Part shown: positions 16,581 through 24,851 of the stretch, piece after piece
Layout of the letters: the number at the start of each line of letters is the position of its first letter
Numbering within the stretch: position 1 is the first letter of the stretch
Source: Crocosphaera subtropica ATCC 51142
Lineage (GTDB): Bacteria > Cyanobacteriota > Cyanobacteriia > Cyanobacteriales > Microcystaceae
Direction: 5' to 3'
Assembly: GCF_000017845.1 (NCBI RefSeq)
Contig: NC_010546.1
Location: 3,330,001-3,362,000, forward strand
DNA: 32,000 nt
Notes under the pieces: model-generated
The model's database searches: none
What the model was told of the DNA's origin: nothing
The model's input: the letters and a program-made list of their open reading frames with translations, nothing else
Translations under genes and position numbers: made by a program

Positions 16581-19118
16581 ATGGTGACAACGAAACTTAA
16601 AATACAACTGGTGGAAGAGGAAACCCATAAATTAATGGAATGGGTAGAACAGATAGAACACTCTGATCAGACTGTCTTTGAGAAAGCTCAAAAAGTAGCC
16701 ACTCGTTTAGGAGCGTATTATCGTCCCGACGATGGGTTAACAGAAATTGGTTTTTGGACTCCAGAATTAGAATCAGACATTATACAACCTAAAAATATTT
16801 ACTTAGAAATTTTTACGCCTAAAAAAGACATTGATCCCACAAAGCCTACTCAGAGAGTTGTTTTTCGTAGAGATTATGTTCAACTACACAAAAGAGGGGA
16901 ATATTTCTGGGGAGTTATTGCCGGTTTAAAAGCGGGAACAAAAGAGAGTTTTGGTTCATTTTATTGGTTACGATACCTGGATTGGGAAACTAATGAAGTA
17001 CGAGCCATTGGTGATTGTTTAGCCTATTCTCTACCCTATGGGGTTTATGCTCCTGCTGAAGTATATAACCTCCATTCCTTACAAGCCAATCGTCGAGATA
17101 TGGCTTATTTTTTGAGGGATAAAGCAGAGGAAAATTCCGATGAAATTATCTATGTTCATCCTCCCCGTAATATCCTACAACTTCATGTGAACACCGCTTC
17201 TCCTGATGGGACTCTAGCAGGATTAACAGAACTGTATCAACGTATCGGAAAAAAACTGGTTCAACAAGAACCGTTAACCCCGGCAGAAGAAAATTATATT
17301 GGTTATGATGCCGTTCAATTATTACCCATTGAACCTACAGTGGAATACAGGGGTAAACACGAATTAGGTCATGGATTTTTTATGATCGATGACAAAGATT
17401 TAGATGAAATGGATGCTGAATCGGAAGGAATTGAACACGAACCCGGTAATATTAAAATAACCCTCAAAAAACCAGATACCCAAAATTGGGGCTATGATAT
17501 CGTCATTTTTGGTAGTTCGGCTACTGATCCATCGGTATTAAGAACCCTACGACCGGATGAAGTAGTTGAGTTTATTGAAACCCTTCATAATTTCCCCACA
17601 GGCCCCATTAAAGTAATTTATGATCTGGTTTATGGTCATGCTGATAACCAAGGGTTAGATTTACTCAATGGACGGTTTATGAAAGGGCCGAATATGTATG
17701 GTCAAGATGTTAACCATCAAAACCCTGTGGTTCGGGCTATTTTATTAGAAATGCAGCGACGAAAAAATAACACTGGAGTCGATGGAATTCGAGTGGATGG
17801 GGCCCAAGATTTTAAATTTTTTAACCCCATTACCGGGGAGGTTGAATATGATGATCAATACCTACAAGAAATGGGTAACCTTATTCAAGAAATTGGCCCC
17901 AGTAAACGTCATCTTTTTGCTATTTTTGAAGATGGTCGCCCTTGGCCCACAGAAGGATGGGAAGAAATTTCAACTTACCGCAATATTATTGACTATAATC
18001 CCAGAGCCTTTCAATGGGGCCCTCTGATTTTTGCCCATAATACCCCTTGTCTTAAAAGCTTTTGGGAGAAAAAATGGCGACGGGTTTGCGAGGTGATGCA
18101 GTTAGGGGAAAATTGGATTACGGGTTGTGGTAATCATGATACACTTCGCCGTGGAACTCAAGTTGATCCCAACTCAGATATTAACTGGAACTTAGGAAAA
18201 ACCTTACCAGAGGTGTTACATAATGCCTACGATAACCCTTCTATTGGTTTGTTAACCTACGGGTTTAGTCCAGGTCTTCCCATGGACTTTATTAACTGTA
18301 CCATGCGCGCCCCGTGGGGATTTTTACGGAACACAGACGATCGCTATGGGGTCAAAGTGGTATCCGAAGAAGCAGGGGGGTTTCTCGACTGGCAAATCAT
18401 TCCTGAAACTTACAACTATCCCGATGTTTTTCCTCGACTCAAGGCCATGGGATTTACTAAACTTGGGGAGTTACGACAGTTTGTGACTGGGTTAGTTGAT
18501 GCCCTGGCCGAAAGCAACTACGATTTAGATGAAGTTGCCCATATCTGTCAACGTCATTTAGGTCATGAGAGCGGGTCAGAAGAAGCGAAAAACGAGGCCA
18601 AAGTTAGAAAATCTGCAGCAGAATTACAAAAACTCAATGGTCCTGATAAATCTCAGGTTCTAACTGAATTATCCGTTGCCAAGTTAAAAGAGTTTGCCAA
18701 AGCATTTATGGAAGATGCTCACGAACTCAGTAATGTTTGGTTACACCAAGAAAACTTAGACTCTGAACAGGTAGCCTATAATTTAGCCTTAAGGCGATTT
18801 CGTCAGGCGAATCCCTGGTTACGGCATAATTTAAAAGAAAGCGATCGCTTTAACCAAATTCAAGACCCTGAAAAAACCCTATTTTATGGGGTACGTTATG
18901 GGGACGTTGAAGAAGATACCGAAAGCGAACCCTACGGAGTGGCCATGATTGCTCACATGAGAGGGGAACCCATGACCGTAAAACTGGGAGAATGGTTAGA
19001 ACTCGATCTTGATCAATGGCAAATTGCGATCGCCTCTCCAGGACTCAAAATTGATGATTTAACAGCGTTTGAATTACACGATAGTCAAGCGGTGTTACTG
19101 GAGAAAAAGATGATCTAG
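16581..19118 (+). CDS. Large alpha-amylase-superfamily (GH13-like) glycoside hydrolase or transglycosidase; possibly glucosylglycerol hydrolase (GghA)-like.
   Basis: 845 aa. It has divergent versions of the four GH13 regions: DLVYGHA (I), GIRVDGAQDF (II), FAIFEDGRPW (III) and GCGNHDT (IV). Confidence 0.65.
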   Translation: MVTTKLKIQLVEEETHKLMEWVEQIEHSDQTVFEKAQKVATRLGAYYRPDDGLTEIGFWTPELESDIIQPKNIYLEIFTPKKDIDPTKPTQRVVFRRDYVQLHKRGEYFWGVIAGLKAGTKESFGSFYWLRYLDWETNEVRAIGDCLAYSLPYGVYAPAEVYNLHSLQANRRDMAYFLRDKAEENSDEIIYVHPPRNILQLHVNTASPDGTLAGLTELYQRIGKKLVQQEPLTPAEENYIGYDAVQLLPIEPTVEYRGKHELGHGFFMIDDKDLDEMDAESEGIEHEPGNIKITLKKPDTQNWGYDIVIFGSSATDPSVLRTLRPDEVVEFIETLHNFPTGPIKVIYDLVYGHADNQGLDLLNGRFMKGPNMYGQDVNHQNPVVRAILLEMQRRKNNTGVDGIRVDGAQDFKFFNPITGEVEYDDQYLQEMGNLIQEIGPSKRHLFAIFEDGRPWPTEGWEEISTYRNIIDYNPRAFQWGPLIFAHNTPCLKSFWEKKWRRVCEVMQLGENWITGCGNHDTLRRGTQVDPNSDINWNLGKTLPEVLHNAYDNPSIGLLTYGFSPGLPMDFINCTMRAPWGFLRNTDDRYGVKVVSEEAGGFLDWQIIPETYNYPDVFPRLKAMGFTKLGELRQFVTGLVDALAESNYDLDEVAHICQRHLGHESGSEEAKNEAKVRKSAAELQKLNGPDKSQVLTELSVAKLKEFAKAFMEDAHELSNVWLHQENLDSEQVAYNLALRRFRQANPWLRHNLKESDRFNQIQDPEKTLFYGVRYGDVEEDTESEPYGVAMIAHMRGEPMTVKLGEWLELDLDQWQIAIASPGLKIDDLTAFELHDSQAVLLEKKMI

Positions 19119-19122
19119 GGTT

Positions 19123-19149
19123 AGGAAGTCTGGGAAGTCTGGGAAGATT
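19123..19149 (+). repeat. Tandem 9-mer G-tract repeat.
   Basis: AGGAAGTCT GGGAAGTCT GGGAAGATT starts 5 nt after the TAG stop of the GH13-like gene, and the stop itself reads TAGGG. Confidence 0.8.
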
Positions 19150-19170
19150 AGACAGAAAATTGACATCTTT

Positions 19171-19193
19171 CTCCCTCTGCTCCCTGCTCCCTA
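19171..19193 (-). repeat. G-tract repeat on the minus strand (AGGGAGCAGGGAGCAGAGGGAG).
   Basis: The plus strand reads CTCCCTCTGCTCCCTGCTCCCT. It begins 6 nt after the minus-strand stop of the GT2 gene. Confidence 0.8.
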
Positions 19194-19198
19194 AAAAC

Positions 19199-20629
19199 TT
19201 ACCCCTGATAACTCTCTTCTGGGGTTCCCTGATGGACAGTTTTAACCCATTTTAAACGTTTGGGACGAACAGACATCCGAGCGGTGACACAGGGCATAAT
19301 AATTAACCAGTGCATCATATACACCATTCCCCGTAAACTTTGCCAGCCTAAACGAAAAATATCCATAAACCCAAACGTTTCGTCATTTTTGATACGCTGT
19401 AAACCGGTAAACATTCCCCAAAATGATAGGGATAACATTAACCCGGTTAATGGACCCAATAAGGGTAAACGATGGCGAGTTACGGTCATCATCAGGTCAG
19501 GAATGGCCGCTGTTGGTAGCAGATACTGCATCAAAATAAAGGAGATGAGATCGAATTTTTTCCCTAACCCCATCGGCTGATTAACAATAAACCGCCAATA
19601 ATCTAAATACCGTTGATAACCTCCTTCAGCCCAACGGTTACGTTGATGCCATAATGCTTTAGCTGTGGTAACCCCTTCTTCTTCAACTGCAGGGTGGTTT
19701 AAAAAGCCAATTTTCCAATGATCCAAATGCAAGCGCATGGTTAAATCTAAATCATCGGTAATGGTTTGTTCGTTCCATCCCCCGCAGCTAATTAAAGCGG
19801 TACGACGGACAAATTGACCGTTACCCCGTAATTCTCCAATGCCACCAAGGGCGATGCGTTTTTGCTGAAAAAAGCTGTCTAAGGCCATTTCTGCTGCTTG
19901 GCCTTTGGTCCAGAAGTTTAAGGGTTCATTGGCAATCTGTTTTCTGACTTGGACGGCCCCGATGTCTTCTTGATTAAATAACGGGACGACTCGCTTTAAT
20001 AAGTCTGACGTTACTTTGGCATCGGCATCAAATACTGCAATAATGTCTCCTTGGGTTTTGGGAAACACCCCATTTAACGCCCCGGACTTACCGCCTTGGG
20101 CCCCTGCTGGACGATGAATAACATTAAGTTGGGGATATTGTTGACTTAAGCGATCGAGAATTTCAGGGGTTTTATCGGTACTATGATCGTCTACAATCCA
20201 AAGATCGTATTTTTCAGTGGGATAGTCTAAAGTACATAATTGCTGTACTAATTTACCAATAACCGCTTCTTCGTTTTTCGCTGCTACTAATAAGGACACA
20301 GACGGGGCTTGTGTTAGGTCTGCTGCTGATAATGGTTCGGGAATAGGGTCTGGTTTGGCAAAAATTAGGCGAAAGGCCTGTAAGGTAAAAACAGTGGTTA
20401 AGGCGATAATTACCCATGTTCCCCAAGCGACTAAATGGAGACTTATGACAATACCCCAAACGGCCATCAAGACAAAGGCCGCTTTTTTCCGTCTTCCAGA
20501 TAATCCTTGGAAAAAGTCGCTTCTAAACGCTTCTTCTTCGTCTTCGGGGTCAGACCATTCTGATAATAAGGAACTGATGGGGTCTAAGTTGTCTGATTCG
20601 TCGTTGTCTATCCAATAGTTTTTTGTCAT
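19199..20629 (-). CDS. Membrane-bound processive-type GT2 glycosyltransferase; plausibly monoglucosyldiacylglycerol synthase (MgdA-like).
   Basis: 476 aa with an N-terminal TM pair, AAKNEE, DDHSTD, FDADA (DxD), TDDLDL and QRNRWAEGG (QxxRW), and C-terminal TM helices. The size and architecture match my memory of Sll1377, but the specific activity is not provable from the sequence alone. Confidence 0.75.
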   Translation of the reverse strand: MTKNYWIDNDESDNLDPISSLLSEWSDPEDEEEAFRSDFFQGLSGRRKKAAFVLMAVWGIVISLHLVAWGTWVIIALTTVFTLQAFRLIFAKPDPIPEPLSAADLTQAPSVSLLVAAKNEEAVIGKLVQQLCTLDYPTEKYDLWIVDDHSTDKTPEILDRLSQQYPQLNVIHRPAGAQGGKSGALNGVFPKTQGDIIAVFDADAKVTSDLLKRVVPLFNQEDIGAVQVRKQIANEPLNFWTKGQAAEMALDSFFQQKRIALGGIGELRGNGQFVRRTALISCGGWNEQTITDDLDLTMRLHLDHWKIGFLNHPAVEEEGVTTAKALWHQRNRWAEGGYQRYLDYWRFIVNQPMGLGKKFDLISFILMQYLLPTAAIPDLMMTVTRHRLPLLGPLTGLMLSLSFWGMFTGLQRIKNDETFGFMDIFRLGWQSLRGMVYMMHWLIIMPCVTARMSVRPKRLKWVKTVHQGTPEESYQG

Positions 20630-20669
20630 AATTCAAGGGTTAGTTTAATGTTGTTTTTTACTACTAAGA

Positions 20670-20698
20670 ACAGGGGACGATGATTTTTTATCCCCTGT
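20670..20698. other. Perfect 8-bp stem-loop between the ARH-like gene stop and the GT2 gene start.
   Basis: ACAGGGGA (20670..20677) and TCCCCTGT (20691..20698) are separated by a 13-nt loop. There is no U-tract in the minus-strand sense. Confidence 0.35.
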
Positions 20699-20739
20699 CT
20701 TTGTTAATCTTGTTTCGTCCATATTCTAACGAAAAATGT

Positions 20740-21561
20740 TCATTGTTTTTGTAAAGTGTAACGGTTATTGGCCTCAAGGGAATTAACGACTTGGGTTTGT
20801 ATAGATCCGAGGATCTTTAAAGGTTGATCAACACCAACCCATTTTGCCCATAATTGACTAATTTGTTGATAGTGTGAATCATCTTTATTGGTTGTTGTGA
20901 TATTTAAACGCCAAGACACAGGAATGCCAAAATACCCATTATACGCCCCAGATAAGACTGCTGTAATACCTAGAATGACGGGATGGTTAAATTGAGAGGC
21001 TTGTAAAATGCTGAGTTTATAATTGTCTGGAGTTCGACAAAAACAGTACAAGGATAACAGTAAATAGTTACTATCTAAAACAGTTTTTTCTCGAAATTGT
21101 TTTTTAATTTCAGTTAATGGGGTTTGATGATTTAAAAATGCCTGTAGTTGTGTTAGTTCAGGTGAAATCGTTAAATGATTGATTAGTGGTTGTTGTGGTT
21201 GATTTAAAATAAGACAAATAATTTGTCTAAACACCATAACATCTTGTATCGTTTTTTGAGTTATATCATTATGATTTTTAATTTTTTCTAGCTGTTCATA
21301 TAAGAGAGTTTCTGTTTCATAAAAAAAGAGAATTAGGGGTAAACTATTCAAAACAAATTTTCCTGAACTGATAGGAGATTCATTAAGGGTGATCCCTTGA
21401 CAAGTTTCTCTTGATATTGTTTCAGTTTGAATTAAATCTCTAATAATTTTTTGATTTATTATTTCCCAATTAACTAATATTGGTTTTTGATGGCTGATAA
21501 AATTAGCAATTTTAGGACTAAATAAGCAACCTTGAAAACTATTTAATAGAGATTGATTCAT
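20740..21561 (-). CDS. ADP-ribosylglycohydrolase-fold protein lacking the canonical metal-binding motifs.
   Basis: 273 aa. The C-terminal FNHPVILGITAVLSGAYNGYFGIPVSW aligns by eye to the ARH signature GGDTDTxAAIxGALxGAYYGxxxIPxxW, with GGDTDT replaced. The N-terminal FQGCLFSPKIANF occupies the position of GALxGxAxGDALG without the Asp. Confidence 0.5.
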   Translation of the reverse strand: MNQSLLNSFQGCLFSPKIANFISHQKPILVNWEIINQKIIRDLIQTETISRETCQGITLNESPISSGKFVLNSLPLILFFYETETLLYEQLEKIKNHNDITQKTIQDVMVFRQIICLILNQPQQPLINHLTISPELTQLQAFLNHQTPLTEIKKQFREKTVLDSNYLLLSLYCFCRTPDNYKLSILQASQFNHPVILGITAVLSGAYNGYFGIPVSWRLNITTTNKDDSHYQQISQLWAKWVGVDQPLKILGSIQTQVVNSLEANNRYTLQKQ

Positions 21562-21651
21562 AAATTTTCTGTTGAAAAAGGAAATAATAAAGTTTGTAAT
21601 CAGTATTTCAATCCAAACTGATGAATCTAGATTTGATAAGACAATTGTTAA

Positions 21652-22692
21652 TTATACTAATTCTACCATATTTGTATATTCTGTTATAAATTCATCGTAA
21701 GTTAAACTATCATTTTCAGATTGTGGACTCCAAATAAGTTCAAATTTGAATAAATAATCAGAAGGCATTGCGCCTAAGCTGTTTAATGCTACTTTTAAGT
21801 CATCTGGGGTTCTAATATCTTCAAATAAGGGCTTATCATGTGCCGTTGCTACTAATAAACTGACCACAATGTACATCGCTGACGCATCATCAGGGGATGT
21901 AACTGTTTGCTGTCTTATGTTTCCGCTAATATTTGATAAGGTTTCTGAACTTAATTTGCTTCTTTCTTCTAAGGACAAACTATTAAATTTTGACTCTGCT
22001 TTATCTATATGTATTTTCTCAGAACTATGAATATGATGAGTCCAATACTCAGAATTTCTCAATAAAATTAAGATAGATTCTTGTAATAATTCTCTTAATC
22101 CTTCTTCTGTACTGGTATCCACTCTTAAACTTAATTCTGTTAACCCTGACTGAACATCAGTTGCTGATGCTAACAAAGCAATTTGTAGCTGAGAAATAGT
22201 AACAATATTATTATCTCGTTCTCGATGGTAAGCACGAGAATAATTCCCTTCATTGTTATGTCCTAACCTAGATTTTAACACTTGAGAAATGACCAGAAAA
22301 ATAACGATTCCTGGAACACCAAAGAAGATTAATAAAAGCAAAATACTGAACCATTGCCCACCATTATTATAACTGCTTCCACTTCTGTAATAAGTTCCAG
22401 AACGGGAATAGTCACGGGAATTATTATTATAGCTAGGAGAATTATGATAGGAACGACTCCTCGATCGTGATCCTGATGAACCACGGGAACGTCCAGATGA
22501 AGAACGAGAACCGGAGGAACCCCGACTAAATGATCCCCCTCCACTGCGTCCCCCACTCCTTTTTGCTTGCGCTTCTGTTTGGATGGTTAACCAACTATTC
22601 GCTGTATTGGGTATTTGTGGTGTTTCAATGGTGTTAATAGTGGCGATCGCTGCGACGGTGGTTAAGAATAATTTTGTTGTTTTGTCTAACAT
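21652..22692 (-). CDS. DUF1517 family membrane protein (the family of plant FLAP1).
   Basis: 346 aa. It has a signal-like N-terminus, RSGGRSGGGSF followed by a Ser/Arg/Gly/Tyr low-complexity tract, one TM helix (WFSILLLLIFFGVPGIVIFLVI), and a C-terminal globular domain ending ...LIWSPQ. Confidence 0.7.
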   Translation of the reverse strand: MLDKTTKLFLTTVAAIATINTIETPQIPNTANSWLTIQTEAQAKRSGGRSGGGSFSRGSSGSRSSSGRSRGSSGSRSRSRSYHNSPSYNNNSRDYSRSGTYYRSGSSYNNGGQWFSILLLLIFFGVPGIVIFLVISQVLKSRLGHNNEGNYSRAYHRERDNNIVTISQLQIALLASATDVQSGLTELSLRVDTSTEEGLRELLQESILILLRNSEYWTHHIHSSEKIHIDKAESKFNSLSLEERSKLSSETLSNISGNIRQQTVTSPDDASAMYIVVSLLVATAHDKPLFEDIRTPDDLKVALNSLGAMPSDYLFKFELIWSPQSENDSLTYDEFITEYTNMVELV

Positions 22693-22845
22693 GATTAATC
22701 ATTGTGCTTCCCTGTTATTTTGAGGGTTCCCAAAAATGCTATAGAGTTCGACAAAATTAAATTTAACGGTCTTAAATTAACGTCAATTCGGGATAAGATC
22801 AAAAGTTAATAAAATCGTTCCTCCGAACTCCGAACTCAGGTTAAA

Positions 22846-23745
22846 TTAGGATAACCAAGGCCACAACACCAAACTGGTAGCTAATAAACACAAAATCCCC
22901 ATTATTCCGGCTAAAGGTTGCTGATGAATGCCAATAATCCAGTCTTTTCCTTTTCCTGTATAAGATAGCATTTGAGCAGCCTCTAAGGAGGCTAACCCCC
23001 ATACCCAACCAGCATGAAGTCCCCACCCTAAGCCGATACTACCACCATCAACCCATCTCGCTATGACTAACACCATTCCCATTAACCACAGTCCGGGTAA
23101 CTGGGGAAGGGTGGTCTGTCTTTCCCAAAGCAAATGGAGTAATGCAAATATACTACTTGCCACCATAGCACTGATCCAGGGATTATAATTTTCTTCTAAA
23201 ATGGTTTGGAAAATGCCCCGAAAGACAAATTCTTCGGTTAAGGCGATCCACACAGCTAGTCCGAAGATGGGTAAAGCAAGCTTCCCTAGTTGATTTAGGT
23301 TCTCAGAGTGCCATATTAGCCATCCTAACCCTCCTTGGAGGACAAAAACAATTCCTAACCCTCCTAACCCCAAAAGAAGCCCTAAACCAAGGGAAATAAG
23401 AAGATTCCACTGCCAATATAACCCATAGTCGGATAATGAAGTGTTTTCGACTCTCAGGGTTAACCATCCTAACCAGGGAACCAATAAATACAAAGGGACT
23501 AATAAAGGAATCTTCTGGTCTGCTTCTAGGGGTTGAAAGGGTTTCCAGTTCAGCCTTTTACCCAAAAGTAAAGCAATGGGTAGCCAGAGGATTAACCATA
23601 TTAATAAGAAAAGACCGATTTTACTCTCACTAGGAAAGTCCTTAAGAACCATCAGCCAAGGATCGAGATGGGAAGGTAAAAATGCTTCCCATATACTGCG
23701 ATCTGGGGGTATGGCGAAACCATTTTTGACGCTTATCAATGACAT
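22846..23745 (-). CDS. CPBP-family (CAAX protease / Abi) intramembrane metalloprotease.
   Basis: 299 aa and polytopic. Motif 1 is EEFVFRG and motif 2 is FALLH. A third His region reads LHAGWVWG. Confidence 0.8.
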   Translation of the reverse strand: MSLISVKNGFAIPPDRSIWEAFLPSHLDPWLMVLKDFPSESKIGLFLLIWLILWLPIALLLGKRLNWKPFQPLEADQKIPLLVPLYLLVPWLGWLTLRVENTSLSDYGLYWQWNLLISLGLGLLLGLGGLGIVFVLQGGLGWLIWHSENLNQLGKLALPIFGLAVWIALTEEFVFRGIFQTILEENYNPWISAMVASSIFALLHLLWERQTTLPQLPGLWLMGMVLVIARWVDGGSIGLGWGLHAGWVWGLASLEAAQMLSYTGKGKDWIIGIHQQPLAGIMGILCLLATSLVLWPWLS

Positions 23746-23953
23746 TATAGAGAGGGATTACTGAGTAACTTCTCATCTGACCATAACATATGGCTTTTCC
23801 AGTTTCCTTTCTATAATGTAACCGAGATTTATTTCATGGGAATTATCGCTTTTACCCCTGCCAGAGCGGACTCAGAAAGTCCAAAGGTTTACCCTTGTTT
23901 TTGACTTGGTTTTAGCGATTTGACTCCCATGTTCTGCTAGAAATAAACAGCAG

Positions 23954-24415
23954 TTAGGCTGCTTCTTCGTCTTCAACGCCAACTTGTTTAAGATGAATAT
24001 GTTTGTAGCCTAATTTAATCTCAAATTCATCCCCTGGTTTCAATCCCATCTGCTCGGTATAGGTGGAACCAATGACAATTTGACCATTCTTGTGAACGCT
24101 AACACGGAAAGTTGGTTCACGGCCCCGACCATCTTTAGTCGAACCGGGTTGGAGGGGAACACCTTTGGCTGCAAGAACTGCATCATAAAAGTCCGTTAAG
24201 TTAACACGAACTTGTCCATCTTTTGTCACTGAGTAATAGCCACATTTTTTGGCTGTTTCTCGCCGAGGCTTATCAGATAACTGTTTTAGTTCTTGAAGTA
24301 AGGCTTTCCCAGTTAAGGGAGTAGGATTTGGATCAACGGTATCAGCCATAATTTTATCAATGTCCTTTGATTTTCTCTCAATGATGACTAGGTTATTTAG
24401 ATCATTATTGATCAT
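23954..24415 (-). CDS. Cyanobacterial AbrB-like transcriptional regulator (cyAbrB/CalA family).
   Basis: The C-terminal SpoVT/AbrB swapped-hairpin domain reads IVIGSTYTEQMGLKPGDEFEIKLGYKHIHLKQV, and the N-terminal part is typical of cyAbrB. The internal ATG at 24349 (MADTVDP...) may be the true start. Confidence 0.82.
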   Translation of the reverse strand: MINNDLNNLVIIERKSKDIDKIMADTVDPNPTPLTGKALLQELKQLSDKPRRETAKKCGYYSVTKDGQVRVNLTDFYDAVLAAKGVPLQPGSTKDGRGREPTFRVSVHKNGQIVIGSTYTEQMGLKPGDEFEIKLGYKHIHLKQVGVEDEEAA

Positions 24416-24466
24416 ATCAAAAATATAGCGTTAAATTCCTAAACTAAACCAAAAAAATTTCAAGAA

Positions 24467-24481
24467 TTATGAAGTTCATAA
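24467..24481. promoter_or_regulatory. Perfect 7-1-7 palindrome TTATGAA-G-TTCATAA upstream of cyAbrB.
   Basis: It was read directly from the sequence. It lies 52-66 bp upstream of the ORF start at 24415. Confidence 0.3.
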
Positions 24482-24706
24482 CAGGGAGTTTAACAAGACA
24501 AATTGATTGGCATCTGCTCAAACCGAGATAAATTCCCCTTCTATCTACGCTAGGGTTCAAGTTGTTCAACCTTAAAAGAAAAAGAAGAAAGTGGAGGGTA
24601 AATGAGGGTAAATCCTGCATCAAAATTGGCTTTGAGAAGAATATCAACACTATCGAAAAGCTTTAGGGACTAAATTAATAAAACCGATCATTCGTTGAGT
24701 TAAGCA

Positions 24707-24774
24707 GGGGAAGCAAGGGAGGCAGGGGAGGCAGAGGGAAAAGAATCTTGGGAAATGTGGGCAAGAAAAAGGGG
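24707..24774 (+). repeat. Purine-rich G-tract array.
   Basis: There are seven G-tracts of 3 or more. The first four (GGGG-AAGCAA-GGG-AGGCA-GGGG-AGGCAGA-GGG, 24707..24738) fit the canonical G4 pattern. The array lies 80-145 nt upstream of sdhB on its sense strand. Confidence 0.75.
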
Positions 24775-24851
24775 ACTTTTACCGTAATTAACCCTTAGAA
24801 AAATTACCATACAAATCCTAAGAACGAGATAGGATAGAAGAGATCCATCAA

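Noticed and set aside
19123-19149. The tandem short repeats at 19123..19149, 22823..22836 and 24594..24613 considered as a possible CRISPR array or minisatellite.
   Set aside because: They have only 2-3 units of 7-10 bp with no spacers, which is far too short for CRISPR. They are better described as members of the local low-complexity repeat families.
19132-19191. Whether the G-rich block (19132..19146) and the C-rich block (19171..19191) pair to form one large terminator hairpin.
   Set aside because: Only GGGA/UCCC segments of 3-4 bp can be aligned, with mismatches in between, so no continuous stem forms.
24444-24650. 68-aa minus-strand ORF upstream of cyAbrB.
   Set aside because: It lies in the promoter region, and its translation (LLFLLRL...) reflects the A/G-rich repeats. 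It covers the palindrome and the tandem 10-mer, which are better explained as regulatory DNA.
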